Positions 16,073 through 27,326 of a stretch of DNA of 64,000 nt are shown in pieces. This stretch comes from an uncultured virus (IMG/VR IMGVR_UViG_2811995274_000001) (taxonomy: Duplodnaviria > Heunggongvirae > Uroviricota > Caudoviricetes), in the IMG/VR virus record IMGVR_UViG_2811995274_000001. One strand, given 5' to 3'. The position numbers were made by a program, and so were the translations under genes. How positions within the stretch are numbered: the first letter of the stretch is position 1; each line of letters begins with the position of its first letter. The notes under the pieces are model-generated. The model did no database searches. It was not told where the DNA came from and saw only the letters and a list, made by a program, of their open reading frames with translations.

Positions 16073-17587
16073 ATGACTGATTTAAATAAAAATAATCTTT
16101 TATATGTACCAAAAACAGAATTAGAACGTCATTATGAATCTTCGGGTATTTTTTACGATAAAACACCTGATTTAATAAAAAATACACCAATTATAGAAAA
16201 TAAAACTAATATAATTAATGATTTAAATGAATTAAAATCATTAATAGATTTTTTACCAGATGGTTTAGCATTTATAAAAGATTCTATTGATAAATTAATA
16301 GAATTACAAGAATATCATTTTAATAAAGATAATAATAACGAAGAAGATAATGATTCTAATACTCCTGATGATACAAATAATGAAACAGATAACGACATTA
16401 AAGTTCCAAACATAACTCCGCCAGATGAAATAATAGATAATAGTACTAACGAAGAACAAAATGATATAAATGATGATTCTAATAATAATAATAATGAAAA
16501 TAATAATATTAACAATGATAATAATATAGATTTTACTGAGGATTATGAAATTACAAATAATGAGTTAATAGATTTACCTGACTTTTTTCCAAACAAAACT
16601 AATATAGATATTAATTTTGTTGAACCTAAAAGCTTAATTCAAATCGCTCAGGAAGACTATAAAAGAGATACATTGGATTTAAATGAATATTATTTACAAA
16701 AATTGCAAATAGTTCTTCAGCAATATTTTCAAAAAATGTTAGCAATCGGACAAGAATGTGGAGTAATGAATATTAAAAACTTAATTAAAGATTTTGACGG
16801 AAATGCTGTTAATATAAATGATAAAAATCTACTACATTTAAAAGATCATGTTATTAGATCTCAAATATTAAGAGATCAAAAAACTAGATTATTTAAATTA
16901 ACACATAATGTAGATAATACATTAAATCATATAAGAAGTTGGCACGCTTCTGAACAAGAAAGAGAACGTTATTATTCAGAAGAATATGGAGATAGTGAAA
17001 CCTATTTAAATAATTGCTCTAATACTTTATTAGTACAAAGTAGAAAAAGATATGATAATAATTACAAACAATCTTTATATAATATGTTTAAATATCTTGA
17101 TAGTTCTGTTTTAGTTACTGGAGAAATTCTTTCATTAGTAACTAACGAAGCTCAGGCTAAAGGAAAAATGTTAAAAGAAGGAATAGATATATTTGTTTCT
17201 TCTAAAACAAAAAAAGCAGAAGAATTAACTAAACAAACACAAGTTATAGAAAGTAACATGAATAAGGTTCAAGATAATACTAATACTACTACTAATACTA
17301 ATAATGATACTACTAATAATGAACAACAAAAATATGATGATTTTGCAAAACTACAAAAAGAACATCCAGAATGGTTTGTAGGAGATACATATGTTGGAAA
17401 TGATGCTGACGCTAAAAAGAAAGCAGAAGAAGCCCTAAAACAAAATCAAGATACTAAAAATAAAACAAACAATATTATTAAAGATGTTTTAAATACTGTA
17501 ACATCAAAAAATAATGATAGTATTGTTAATTATTTTATAGAGTCTATAAAACTTAAAAATAATACTAAAGATAAAGGTGGCAATTAA
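16073..17587 (+). CDS. hypothetical protein with Asn/Asp/Thr-rich low-complexity linkers
   Basis: 504 aa between terL and portal. Confidence 0.8.
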   Translation: MTDLNKNNLLYVPKTELERHYESSGIFYDKTPDLIKNTPIIENKTNIINDLNELKSLIDFLPDGLAFIKDSIDKLIELQEYHFNKDNNNEEDNDSNTPDDTNNETDNDIKVPNITPPDEIIDNSTNEEQNDINDDSNNNNNENNNINNDNNIDFTEDYEITNNELIDLPDFFPNKTNIDINFVEPKSLIQIAQEDYKRDTLDLNEYYLQKLQIVLQQYFQKMLAIGQECGVMNIKNLIKDFDGNAVNINDKNLLHLKDHVIRSQILRDQKTRLFKLTHNVDNTLNHIRSWHASEQERERYYSEEYGDSETYLNNCSNTLLVQSRKRYDNNYKQSLYNMFKYLDSSVLVTGEILSLVTNEAQAKGKMLKEGIDIFVSSKTKKAEELTKQTQVIESNMNKVQDNTNTTTNTNNDTTNNEQQKYDDFAKLQKEHPEWFVGDTYVGNDADAKKKAEEALKQNQDTKNKTNNIIKDVLNTVTSKNNDSIVNYFIESIKLKNNTKDKGGN

Positions 17588-19680
17588 TGGATTTAACAAA
17601 ATTAATGTTTTGGAAAAAGAAAAAGAATATTGTTGAAGCTCCTGCCACATCTAATAAAACCAAAACTAGTAGCGGGCAACAAATAACAAATGCTAATTTA
17701 AAAAATTTTGTTGTTAAAGCTGTTGGATTTTCTGGAGGAGATTCATCTGGTGATTTTGCTTCTCCAGAATATGACTTATCAGAAATAAAAAGTGCTATAG
17801 AATCTGATTCATATTTAAATATAGCTTTAAGAAAATATTCTCAATTAATCTTTAAAGCTGGATATAATATAGTATCTGAAAATGATTCAGCAGCAGAGTA
17901 TATTGAATCACGATTAAGAATGATGAGTTTTACAACGAATATACCAATAGATGTTTTATTACAACAAATAGCTACAGATTTAGTTTATTACTCTAACGCC
18001 TTTTTAGTAAAATCTCGTGTAGATACTAATCAACTTGGTGGAATACAAGCACAAGGTATTTTAGATAAAAAACCCGTTGGTGGTTATTTTAGATTAGATC
18101 CATCTACTGTACAAATTAAAGTAGATGCTAATGGAACTGTTCAACAATATCAACAAGAATCTGGAAGTGATACAACAACATTTAAAAGTACTGATGTAAT
18201 ACATTTCTATAAGAATAAAAGCGGAGGATCTATTTTTGGAACTCCAGATGTAATTGCAGCATTAGAAGATATTAAATTATTACGTAAAATAGAAGGTAAC
18301 GTATTAGATTTAATATATCGTTTTGCTATACCAATATATCAAATGAAAATTGGTATACCAGAAACTGGAATGATGGCAACAGATAAAGAAATTGATGATG
18401 CTAAAACAGAAATTGAAAAAATGCAAAATGATGGTATTATCATAACAAATGAAAGAACTGATTTTAAATCCATTGGTGCAGAAGGAGAAGCAATTGATGT
18501 AAGTAGTTATTTATCATATTTTGAAAAACGTGTTTTTTCTGCGTTAAATGTTTCTGAAGCTATGATGGGACGTGGAGGAGCAAAGCAAGATGCAGATAGT
18601 ATGGAAGAACAAGTACATAATACAGTAAAGTTTATTCAAAGAACTATTTCTATTTTTATAGAAAATTTTATGTTTAATGAACTTCTATTGGAAGGTGGAT
18701 TTAATCCTATTTATAACAAACAAGATATTGTCCATTTCCAATTTAATGAAATTAATTTAGAAACAAAAGTCAAAATGGAAACTCATGCATTAAATCAATT
18801 TCAAGGTAATTGTATTTCATTTGCAGAAATGCGACAGCAAATTGGTCTTAGATCAGATAATGTTGATGAAAGTTTGTTGTATGCTAATATGATTCAACAG
18901 AAAAATGCATTGGAGCTTATTCAAGCTAAATTAGGACAAAATACTACATCATCTGTATCATCAAATACAGGAACTAGTGGACCGGATAAAGAACAAAAAG
19001 TTTCTGGAACCGCTAAAAACACAATATCTCCAACCAATCAACATGGCACAAGTTCTGTTAATATAAAAGAATCTTTATCAAAAAAAACCAAAAAAAATAT
19101 AGAAAAATATAAGAAAAATTTTGCTTCAGTGTATAAAAGATATCATGTAGCACGTAATGAAATATGTGAGCAAGACAATAGCGATATCACAACTATTTTA
19201 GCATTAACTAGAGATAGTATATCAAAAGACTTAGCTAATCGAATACAAGCAGAAGCAAGTAATGGTATGTTAAAAGCTTTAAAAGATTCAAATTCAAACA
19301 TATTTTTAAATAAAAAAATAATTATTAGTGAATTAACTAATAAAATGAATAAAACATTAAACAATATTTTTAAAGATATACATAAAAAAATTAAAAATGA
19401 AGCTAAGTCTAATGAAGAAAAAATAGCTATTTTTGATGCAATAGAATACAGAATTCGTTTTCTATCAGAATCAATTGTACTTAAATCATATTGGTATGCT
19501 TATGTAAAAGCTTGCCATCAATTACATATAGCTAAAGTATACATAAAGTTTAATTCAGAAAAAGATAGTAAAAATCATAAAACTATTATAGATACTAATA
19601 AATTTACTTTAGATGATATACCTCCATATAATGCTTATTGTTCATGTAAAATTTTTCAAGAAAGGAGAGATAGCAAATAA
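17587..19680 (+). CDS. portal protein with a C-terminal MuF/SPP1 gp7-like extension
   Basis: LVYYSNAF, RLDPSTV, DVIHF..GTP portal-like motifs and gene position; ends DIPPYNAYCSC. Confidence 0.8.
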   Translation: MDLTKLMFWKKKKNIVEAPATSNKTKTSSGQQITNANLKNFVVKAVGFSGGDSSGDFASPEYDLSEIKSAIESDSYLNIALRKYSQLIFKAGYNIVSENDSAAEYIESRLRMMSFTTNIPIDVLLQQIATDLVYYSNAFLVKSRVDTNQLGGIQAQGILDKKPVGGYFRLDPSTVQIKVDANGTVQQYQQESGSDTTTFKSTDVIHFYKNKSGGSIFGTPDVIAALEDIKLLRKIEGNVLDLIYRFAIPIYQMKIGIPETGMMATDKEIDDAKTEIEKMQNDGIIITNERTDFKSIGAEGEAIDVSSYLSYFEKRVFSALNVSEAMMGRGGAKQDADSMEEQVHNTVKFIQRTISIFIENFMFNELLLEGGFNPIYNKQDIVHFQFNEINLETKVKMETHALNQFQGNCISFAEMRQQIGLRSDNVDESLLYANMIQQKNALELIQAKLGQNTTSSVSSNTGTSGPDKEQKVSGTAKNTISPTNQHGTSSVNIKESLSKKTKKNIEKYKKNFASVYKRYHVARNEICEQDNSDITTILALTRDSISKDLANRIQAEASNGMLKALKDSNSNIFLNKKIIISELTNKMNKTLNNIFKDIHKKIKNEAKSNEEKIAIFDAIEYRIRFLSESIVLKSYWYAYVKACHQLHIAKVYIKFNSEKDSKNHKTIIDTNKFTLDDIPPYNAYCSCKIFQERRDSK

Positions 19681-20934
19681 ATGGCAATAATTATACGTGA
19701 ATATGCTGGATATAATAATTTTAATGCTACACGTAATGCTATTGACGTTAATTTTACAGAAGGTTTTTTTAATGAAACAAATGATAGTTTTGCAACCATA
19801 GAACCAGATTCTTTAATGGTTGATGTAGAAGGTATACATGCTTATCCTTATGCAACAAGAAATTTTACTAGATATATGCCTAAATGCTTAAAAAATAGTA
19901 TACCTTCTTGGACAAAGCCTTATAGAAAACCAGTAATTAAACATCATAATGAAGAAAATGGTGAAACTATTGGTAGAATTATTAACGCAAAATATAAAGA
20001 AAGTAATACATTATCTAATACACCTGCGCTTGTTTTTACTATAAATATACCAAATGAACAAGCAAAAAAAGAAATAAAAAATGGTTTACTTGCTACAACT
20101 TCTATTGGTGTTATAGCGCATGATGTAAGATGTAGTATTTGCGGAGCACACTTGGAAGATGGAAGTAGCTGTGGACATGAACGTGGACAAGAATATAGCA
20201 TTAACGGAAAAAAAGAAATTTGTTATTGGGATATGTATTCCATAGAAGCTAAAGAATTAAGTTATGTTATTGTGCCGTCAGATACATACTCTAAAAATAT
20301 TAGAGCATATCCTGCTACTTCTACACATAACAATAATAAACCAATATCGGAATCCTTAGACGACAATAAAGTAAATACAAAAGGAGAAAATAATTTGGAA
20401 GACATTAAAGCTCTTAAAGAAAAATTGCAACAATCCGAAGAATCTATCACTAAATTAAATGAAAAAATTACTGAATTAGAATCAGAAAAAAAATCATTAA
20501 AAGAAAAAATAGTTGAATTAAATAATAATATAGATTCTTTAAAAGAAGAAAAAACACAAGAAATTCAATTAAGAGAAGGTGCAGAATCAGAATTAATTGA
20601 AACAAAAAAAGAATTGAGACTTAATATAATAGAAAATTTTCAATACTTACGACAGGCTACAGGTAAAGAAAAAATTAGTTTAGATTTATTAGAAAATAGA
20701 ACAGATGATTCATTGAAAGATTCTATAAAAGATTTAAAAGAAGAATTATCTATTGTAAATAACAAAGCTAAAGAAATGAATGATAATTTACCAAAACCTG
20801 GATCTGTTAAAAGTCCAATTAAACATTCAACAAATGTTCAGGAATCGCATAAAGAGTCTAAAAACAAAAAAGAAATTAATTTTGATGAAAGCTTAGAACA
20901 AATTTTAACTGCTATGTTTAATAAGAAAAGATAA
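19681..20934 (+). CDS. prohead protease with a C-terminal coiled-coil scaffold region
   Basis: KPVIKHHN, IGRI, TSIG..CSICG..CGH, ELSYVIVPSD; coiled coil at the C-terminus. Confidence 0.8.
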   Translation: MAIIIREYAGYNNFNATRNAIDVNFTEGFFNETNDSFATIEPDSLMVDVEGIHAYPYATRNFTRYMPKCLKNSIPSWTKPYRKPVIKHHNEENGETIGRIINAKYKESNTLSNTPALVFTINIPNEQAKKEIKNGLLATTSIGVIAHDVRCSICGAHLEDGSSCGHERGQEYSINGKKEICYWDMYSIEAKELSYVIVPSDTYSKNIRAYPATSTHNNNKPISESLDDNKVNTKGENNLEDIKALKEKLQQSEESITKLNEKITELESEKKSLKEKIVELNNNIDSLKEEKTQEIQLREGAESELIETKKELRLNIIENFQYLRQATGKEKISLDLLENRTDDSLKDSIKDLKEELSIVNNKAKEMNDNLPKPGSVKSPIKHSTNVQESHKESKNKKEINFDESLEQILTAMFNKKR

Positions 20935-20950
20935 GGAGATTATGTAAATA

Positions 20951-22576
20951 ATGGCAATATACCCTAATGATTTTACAACACAAGAAAAATTACAGCCAGG
21001 TGCTAGAGGCGAAGTATTTCAGACAAGTTTGCCTGGCTATAGAGATAATGCAGATCGTGTAAATCGTACAAATAATAATCTTAACACTTCTGCTCATGAC
21101 GTACCTAATATCAAATATCTATTTGATTACAGATTACCTACTTTATTTAAATATGGTTTTGCTTACGGCTTTAACCAGATTGTTATTCCTAAAGGACGTA
21201 TCGTTGCAGCTGATCCTAATATGGATTTAGTAGATTTTGAATCTCAAAAACAATTTAATACATTAACTCTTGCTAATGGTGGCGTTCCTGTACGTATTCG
21301 TGCTATTGGGGATAAATATAATGATCATAGTAGCAGTGCTACTGCCATTGTAAGTCCAGCTAGTCAAAATCAAACTGTATTAAATATAGGTAAAGAATGG
21401 ATTCCAGTAACTGGATTTAATAAAACATATAAAGAAACATGTTATCGTCCATTTAAAATAGATGGAAATACAAAAGGAGCAAATACTCAACTAGAAGATG
21501 CAGGATATTCTATTAGTGCTACTACTGGTAAAGTAACTAAATCAAATGTTGAAGTAAAAGACGTTCGTCCTGGCAATATTCCTTTAGGCATGCTTCAAAG
21601 AAATGAATATACTAGAGATGATGATGCATTTAACGGCATTGCTCCTGGTCCTATCTTAACAGATGCTATGGTAGAGTTCCCTTGGTTTGTTTATAAAGAT
21701 AAAGCAGAAGAAAATCCTTGGGGTAGTGCATATGGTGCTTTATTCCCAGGTGCATTGGTTAAATCAGATGAAAATGGTCGTATCACAATTTCTCCACTCT
21801 CTATTGAAACTGAAGTTGCTGATATGGATATTGCTGAATATGAAATGGAACGTCAGCAGGTTATTGGACAAGTTTATTCTGTTAATCATGAAATTGTTCC
21901 AGAAGGTGCAGCTAAATGGGCTACTTGGGCATTAGAAGATCGTTTAAATTCTGATGAATTTAATCCTGCTCTTTATGCTAAAACTAATCGTCATGGCGAA
22001 GATGCTGTAAATTCTTCTCCATTTAATAGCGAAGGTAAGTATCCTGGATATCCATACGATAAAAATTATTTAAATCATGACTTACATATGCTTGCTTCTA
22101 TAGGACGTAGAGACAATTATGATCCACGTATGAACCAAGAATTCTTATATGATGATTTAGGTATTCCTGGATTAACAGATGGTCATAATGCCGTAGTTCG
22201 TGATGTAGAACCTGCAATTGCTGGTTATATTCACTATGCTGGCGGTAAAGATTATTCTCCTATGTACTTTAGAACATTAGATGTAAATATAGAACCAAAT
22301 TCTTTACAAATTGCAATCAGCGACGATTCTTTTGTTAATTGTACAAAAGGAGCAAAAGTAAAAAATGATATATTTGAAGTTACTTACTGCAATGAAGAAC
22401 AAGGTATTATTGTGCTCGAAGTTGCTAAAAAAACAGAAGCTGATAGTTTGTTAAGAGATCAAGATAGCGGTGTAACTGTCAAATTTAAATATAAAAAACG
22501 TGGAATGAGCGGCGTACCTACTTATTTAGATTGGGACGGTATTGCTGGTAGTGTAAAAGTTCTTTTCACAAAATAA
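20951..22576 (+). CDS. virion structural protein (probable head decoration/minor capsid)
   Basis: 541 aa between protease and MCP; VIPKGRIV and PGALVKSDENGR motifs. Confidence 0.6.
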   Translation: MAIYPNDFTTQEKLQPGARGEVFQTSLPGYRDNADRVNRTNNNLNTSAHDVPNIKYLFDYRLPTLFKYGFAYGFNQIVIPKGRIVAADPNMDLVDFESQKQFNTLTLANGGVPVRIRAIGDKYNDHSSSATAIVSPASQNQTVLNIGKEWIPVTGFNKTYKETCYRPFKIDGNTKGANTQLEDAGYSISATTGKVTKSNVEVKDVRPGNIPLGMLQRNEYTRDDDAFNGIAPGPILTDAMVEFPWFVYKDKAEENPWGSAYGALFPGALVKSDENGRITISPLSIETEVADMDIAEYEMERQQVIGQVYSVNHEIVPEGAAKWATWALEDRLNSDEFNPALYAKTNRHGEDAVNSSPFNSEGKYPGYPYDKNYLNHDLHMLASIGRRDNYDPRMNQEFLYDDLGIPGLTDGHNAVVRDVEPAIAGYIHYAGGKDYSPMYFRTLDVNIEPNSLQIAISDDSFVNCTKGAKVKNDIFEVTYCNEEQGIIVLEVAKKTEADSLLRDQDSGVTVKFKYKKRGMSGVPTYLDWDGIAGSVKVLFTK

Positions 22577-22612
22577 AATTTAAAACATAAAAGAAATGAG
22601 GAGTTTACATAA

Positions 22613-23842
22613 ATGAATTTTGCAGAAGCGCTAAGTAACGTACAGAATTTACGTAAAGCAATAGAACAACAAGAAAAAGATTTTGAATCTGGTAAAACAG
22701 ATAAACGACCTTCTGTTAATCAAAAAACACTTGATTTAACAGAAAAAATGATTCGTAATATATACGGAGATTATTCTAAAGGTAGTGCTACTATTAAAGA
22801 AGCATTAATGAGTACAGATACTGTTCGTTTAATTCCAAAAGTTATAGAAGGACAGTTAAGAGAAGCAGCAGAACCAGAATATTTAGCTTCTAAATTTATG
22901 AATGTTATACATGTTGAAGGTAACAATAGTGCTGTATATGTAGTTCCAGTAGTTGGAGAAATTTTCGCATCTGAAGTTACAGAAGGCGGACGCTACAATG
23001 AACAAAACTTAGATTTCAATACTGTAGAAAATGGACAGTTAGAAATTCGAGTAAAAAAATATGGTCTTAAAGTAACTATTTCTGAAGAAGCAATTCAAGA
23101 TTCTTCTTGGGATATATATGGAATTAATGTACGTAAAATGGGTAGAGCTATGGCTAGATTAAAAGAAGAAAACTGTTTTAACGCTTTTTCTAATCATGGA
23201 CATATTTTATTCGATAACGACAAAAGAGAACAATTCCCAGAAGCAGGTACAACTGGTAGAGACGCTGATGGCTCTTATAACGATACTTTATCTGTTGAAG
23301 ATTTCTTAGATTTAGTATTAGCATTAATGGGCAATAATAGAGTTCCAACAGACATAATCATGCATCCATTAACTTGGGTAATTTTTGCTCGTAACTCTAT
23401 GATTGGTAATGGTTTAACATTTGGTGCATTTGGTGGTAATCAAGTTCATCCATGGGGTGCAACTCAAGGTACACCAGGTTTTGCAGGTTTATCTTCCGAA
23501 GAAGGTCCTCAAAAATTAATTATGCGTCCAGATCAGGTTCAAAATAGACTTCCTGTACCTCTCGCTATAAACTTTAGCCCATTCGTTAGATTTGATAAAC
23601 TTAAAAAACGTTTTGATATGTATTGTATTGATCGTTCTGAAGTTGGTGTCATAGTAGAAAGAGAAGGATTAAGCACTGATGATTGGAATGATCCAGAACG
23701 TGATATGCGTATGTTAAAAGTTAAAGAACGTTATGGTGTAGGTATTTTAGATAATGGTAAAGGTATTACAGTAGCTAGAAATATTGCTGTTGCTCCAACT
23801 TATCCATTGGCACCAGAAGTACGTATTCAGAACTTAGATTAA
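22613..23842 (+). CDS. major capsid protein (HK97-like)
   Basis: LIPKVI, EVTEGGRY, KKYGLKVTISEEAIQDS, IIMHP, KERYGVG; followed by a terminator. Confidence 0.88.
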   Translation: MNFAEALSNVQNLRKAIEQQEKDFESGKTDKRPSVNQKTLDLTEKMIRNIYGDYSKGSATIKEALMSTDTVRLIPKVIEGQLREAAEPEYLASKFMNVIHVEGNNSAVYVVPVVGEIFASEVTEGGRYNEQNLDFNTVENGQLEIRVKKYGLKVTISEEAIQDSSWDIYGINVRKMGRAMARLKEENCFNAFSNHGHILFDNDKREQFPEAGTTGRDADGSYNDTLSVEDFLDLVLALMGNNRVPTDIIMHPLTWVIFARNSMIGNGLTFGAFGGNQVHPWGATQGTPGFAGLSSEEGPQKLIMRPDQVQNRLPVPLAINFSPFVRFDKLKKRFDMYCIDRSEVGVIVEREGLSTDDWNDPERDMRMLKVKERYGVGILDNGKGITVARNIAVAPTYPLAPEVRIQNLD

Positions 23843-23864
23843 AAAATAATAATATAATAAAAAT

Positions 23865-23903
23865 AAAATATAGAGTGGATTTAATAGTCCACTCTATATT
23901 TTT
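23865..23903 (+). terminator. intrinsic terminator after MCP
   Basis: AAAATATAGAGTGGA / TCCACTCTATATTTT. Confidence 0.8.
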
Positions 23904-23923
23904 AAAATAATAATAGAAGGGAT

Positions 23924-24364
23924 TTGTATATTTTGGAACAAATAGCAGTCATTAGATTATCAAAAGGTCAAGTTGGATACTATGATGAATTAAGCAGAAT
24001 ACATCTTACTTTAAATAAACCAGAAGCTATTATTTATGCTGGAACTAACTGTACTCAATTAAGACGTTCTATAAAATCTGGAAGATTAAAATTAATATCT
24101 GGATCTTTAGGAAAAGAAGATATTCCTAAAAAATTAAAAAAAGTATCTACTTTTACTAAGGGTAGTATTATAAAAAAATCTGAACCTAAATCTGAATTAA
24201 TTACGGCTGAAAAATCTGTCGAACCAACAAAAGCTGAAATAAAAACTGAATCTAAGGTTATTGAGACAACAAATATTGAATCTAAAAAAAATACTAAAAC
24301 TACAACTAGAACAAAAAAAAATGATAATAAAGATAGTATAAAAAAAATAGAAGAAAAGAAATAA
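23924..24364 (+). CDS. hypothetical protein with a Lys/Glu/Thr-rich tail
   Basis: 146 aa after MCP. Confidence 0.7.
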   Translation: MYILEQIAVIRLSKGQVGYYDELSRIHLTLNKPEAIIYAGTNCTQLRRSIKSGRLKLISGSLGKEDIPKKLKKVSTFTKGSIIKKSEPKSELITAEKSVEPTKAEIKTESKVIETTNIESKKNTKTTTRTKKNDNKDSIKKIEEKK

Positions 24365-24365
24365 A

Positions 24366-25166
24366 ATGGCTGAATATGAATTTGGAATAATCGGCGTAGA
24401 GCCGAGTTTTAAAGAACAAAGTGTTTTTATATATTTTAATTTAGACTTAGATCCTGATACTATTGATCATAAAAATATTTATTTAGTTTATTTAGATAAA
24501 AAATTAAACGCTAATAAAGCAGTAAATTATAATTTAATAACTCATGGAGATTTTATACAATTAAAATTAGATGATTGGGCCGTTCCTAATGATGAATATA
24601 CTTTATTAATACAACCTGGTATTTCATCTATTACAGGAGTAAATTTAGATTCTGCTTTAATTAGAAATTTTTCTTTTAAAACAGATGTTACTTCTAAAAT
24701 TAAAATATTGTCTCCATCAAATTATCAAAAAATATCTAATAATTTCACATGCAAATGGGAAGAAATAGGAGATACTTTAGAAAACAATTTTTATTTAGAA
24801 ATAGATAAAAATAATTTATTTAATTTAAATCCTATAAAAACAACTATATCATCTAAGAAAAAATTCTCTACAAAAATAAAAGAAAATGGCCAATATTATT
24901 TACGTATAAGATCTATAAAAGGTGATGAATATGGATATTGGTCTGATATAGTTACGTTTTTAATAGATAATAAATCAAATAATGATTCTGACGATAATGA
25001 TGAAGATAGTTCTGACGATGATATGCTTATTATCGATAATGAAGAAATAAAAATTCTCTCTTTTCCAGATAATGGAATTACACCTTCTAAATCTTTTGAT
25101 TTTGTATTTGATGAAGATATTGATACTACAGATATGAATATCAAAATAATAAGGAGTGATATATAA
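24366..25166 (+). CDS. Ig-like/fibronectin III domain virion protein
   Basis: YFNLDLDPDTI, YTLLIQPGI, GQYYLRIRS...GYWSD. Confidence 0.65.
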   Translation: MAEYEFGIIGVEPSFKEQSVFIYFNLDLDPDTIDHKNIYLVYLDKKLNANKAVNYNLITHGDFIQLKLDDWAVPNDEYTLLIQPGISSITGVNLDSALIRNFSFKTDVTSKIKILSPSNYQKISNNFTCKWEEIGDTLENNFYLEIDKNNLFNLNPIKTTISSKKKFSTKIKENGQYYLRIRSIKGDEYGYWSDIVTFLIDNKSNNDSDDNDEDSSDDDMLIIDNEEIKILSFPDNGITPSKSFDFVFDEDIDTTDMNIKIIRSDI

Positions 25167-25168
25167 AA

Positions 25169-25828
25169 ATGTATGAAAATGTTAGTTATGATACTGATAT
25201 GATAGATTCTAATATTTTAAGTATTATTCCTTCAGAGATAAAAGATAATTCTATTTATAGAATAAAAATATCTGGAATAAAAACTAAAGATAACAAAAAA
25301 ATATTTCCTGAAACAACTTTTAATATCTTAACAGCTGTTTCTCCTATGTACTGTACTTTAAAAAGTCTTAAAGCATTAATTAATAAGTTTAATATATCAG
25401 ACAAAGATCTTCTTACATATATTAAAGACGCTTCTAATTATGCAGATTTTATAGGTGGTTCAGTAGTTTCATCAAGCGATGATGTAGATTTTGCAAAAGA
25501 ACAATTTACAAAAACTAAAGTAACGTTAGATTGTTTACTGCGAGGTATTGTAGATAAATCTTATGAAAACGGTTCTAAATACATATTGGATGTAGCCACA
25601 TATGAAGAATCATCTAATTTAGATGCATTACAAAAATTAATTGATGATTTAAAAGATGAATTAATTAAATGGCAAGATGCAATAAGAGGATATTATAACG
25701 AAGGACGAGCAGCTCCTGTAGTTACTAGAATAGGTATTAAATCTAATACTAATAGTGACGTTAGTCATACAACAGTAGATACAATTCTAAACGATTTTAC
25801 TCGTACTCCGCCAGAAGGGAGCAATTAA
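25169..25828 (+). CDS. probable head-tail adaptor
   Basis: position; PMYCTL...IKDASNYAD. Confidence 0.55.
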   Translation: MYENVSYDTDMIDSNILSIIPSEIKDNSIYRIKISGIKTKDNKKIFPETTFNILTAVSPMYCTLKSLKALINKFNISDKDLLTYIKDASNYADFIGGSVVSSSDDVDFAKEQFTKTKVTLDCLLRGIVDKSYENGSKYILDVATYEESSNLDALQKLIDDLKDELIKWQDAIRGYYNEGRAAPVVTRIGIKSNTNSDVSHTTVDTILNDFTRTPPEGSN

Positions 25829-25831
25829 TTT

Positions 25832-26293
25832 ATGCAACCTTCTTTTAATAATAATATACAAAAAGTTATTAAAAAATTTTCTTATCCAATGTGGATTATA
25901 TATAGAGATCAAGATATAAAATGTACATGTGTTGATTTTACTACTAATCAACCAAATCCTAAATGTAAAAAATGTTTAGGGACTGGAAGAAAAATTAAAA
26001 TAAGAAAAATTACCGCAGCTAGACAACCATTTAGAGTAAGCATTACAGGACAAGGAGTAGCTACAGAATTTTCTTTATATAGTACATATTATACATTAAA
26101 CAATATAAAAGCTAATCCTAGAGATATTTTAATAGATAAAAACTCTGTTGATGTAATACAAGACTGCTATGAAGAGAGATGTAATGATAATGAGCCAACA
26201 TATTATAGATATCTTACAGCTCCTAAAAAAACTAATAAAGATATTTTTTTAAAAATGTTTAATTATATATTAGGTAGTGATAAAAATGTCTAA
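25832..26293 (+). CDS. probable neck/head-closure protein with a CxC..CxxC motif
   Basis: CTC...CKKCLGTG; position. Confidence 0.55.
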   Translation: MQPSFNNNIQKVIKKFSYPMWIIYRDQDIKCTCVDFTTNQPNPKCKKCLGTGRKIKIRKITAARQPFRVSITGQGVATEFSLYSTYYTLNNIKANPRDILIDKNSVDVIQDCYEERCNDNEPTYYRYLTAPKKTNKDIFLKMFNYILGSDKNV

Positions 26294-27326
26294 TATACTA
26301 ACTGTATTAAATTCTAATTCTTTAGAAATAGCTGTTAATAAACATTCTAATCTTCTTATCATAGGAAAAGCTTCTACTAATTATTGTTATAATACTATAA
26401 CATATTGCAATGATTATAATAATGTATTAAATAATTATGGAGATAGCGATTTATCTAATGCTTTTAAGATAGCTCAGGATAATGGAGTAGAAGATATATT
26501 TTTATTAAATATAAAAAGTAATGATGATTATTTTTTAATAATAGAAACTTTAAAGCAAAATGATTTTACATATATAGCTCCTATAAATACATTATTATCT
26601 GATTATTATTATGATAAAAATAATAATAATAAAAAAACATATTATGCTGAATATCTATTAAAAGAAATAAATAATAATGATTCTATTTTTATTTTTACTG
26701 ATAAGCATGCTAATTTATATGAAGATCAATTAGCATATTTAAAAGATATGAATTTTTTATCTAAAGAAATTACTAATAATGTTGTGTCTAGCAAATGTAA
26801 AGAAAATTTAATTTTTGTTGCCAATAATTTAAAAAATTATACTATGTCTAATTTAATACTGGCTATTGCATTATGTACTACAGATATAAGCTTATATCCG
26901 ACATCTAATTTTGGTCCAGCTTTATTTCTTATAGATCAATATGATGATACATATAATTTTGCTTATTTTAAAAATCATACAGATATAGATACTACTGTTG
27001 AAAATTTATTAAATTTTAAAGATGTTTCTATAGAAAAAATCGTTACTGTTCAACGAATTATTAAAATGATAAAAAGAGAAATGGACTTTTCTGAATTTCA
27101 TGGTCGTCTTTATAATGAATATCAGAGGTTATTGATATATAAAAAGATAGAAAAATATTTATCTAGTTTATTAGATTATGTTATTTATAATTACGATATT
27201 ATTTCTATAGATCCTTATAAAGATCCTAATAATCCATGTACTATTATTGTAGTTTGCATTTTAGAAGTATGGCCAAAAAATTGTTTAGAAAAATGTAGTA
27301 TAAAGATAGGAGTAGAAGTTGGATAA
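26286..27326 (+). CDS. short tail-sheath-like protein
   Basis: LLIIGKA, YGDSDL, TVQRII motifs parallel the sheath N- and C-terminal domains. Confidence 0.5.
   Translation: MSNILTVLNSNSLEIAVNKHSNLLIIGKASTNYCYNTITYCNDYNNVLNNYGDSDLSNAFKIAQDNGVEDIFLLNIKSNDDYFLIIETLKQNDFTYIAPINTLLSDYYYDKNNNNKKTYYAEYLLKEINNNDSIFIFTDKHANLYEDQLAYLKDMNFLSKEITNNVVSSKCKENLIFVANNLKNYTMSNLILAIALCTTDISLYPTSNFGPALFLIDQYDDTYNFAYFKNHTDIDTTVENLLNFKDVSIEKIVTVQRIIKMIKREMDFSEFHGRLYNEYQRLLIYKKIEKYLSSLLDYVIYNYDIISIDPYKDPNNPCTIIVVCILEVWPKNCLEKCSIKIGVEVG

Noticed and set aside
16320..16530. AAT/GAT-rich tandem-like repeats
   Set aside because: They encode an Asn/Asp low-complexity linker within a CDS and are not a separate repeat element
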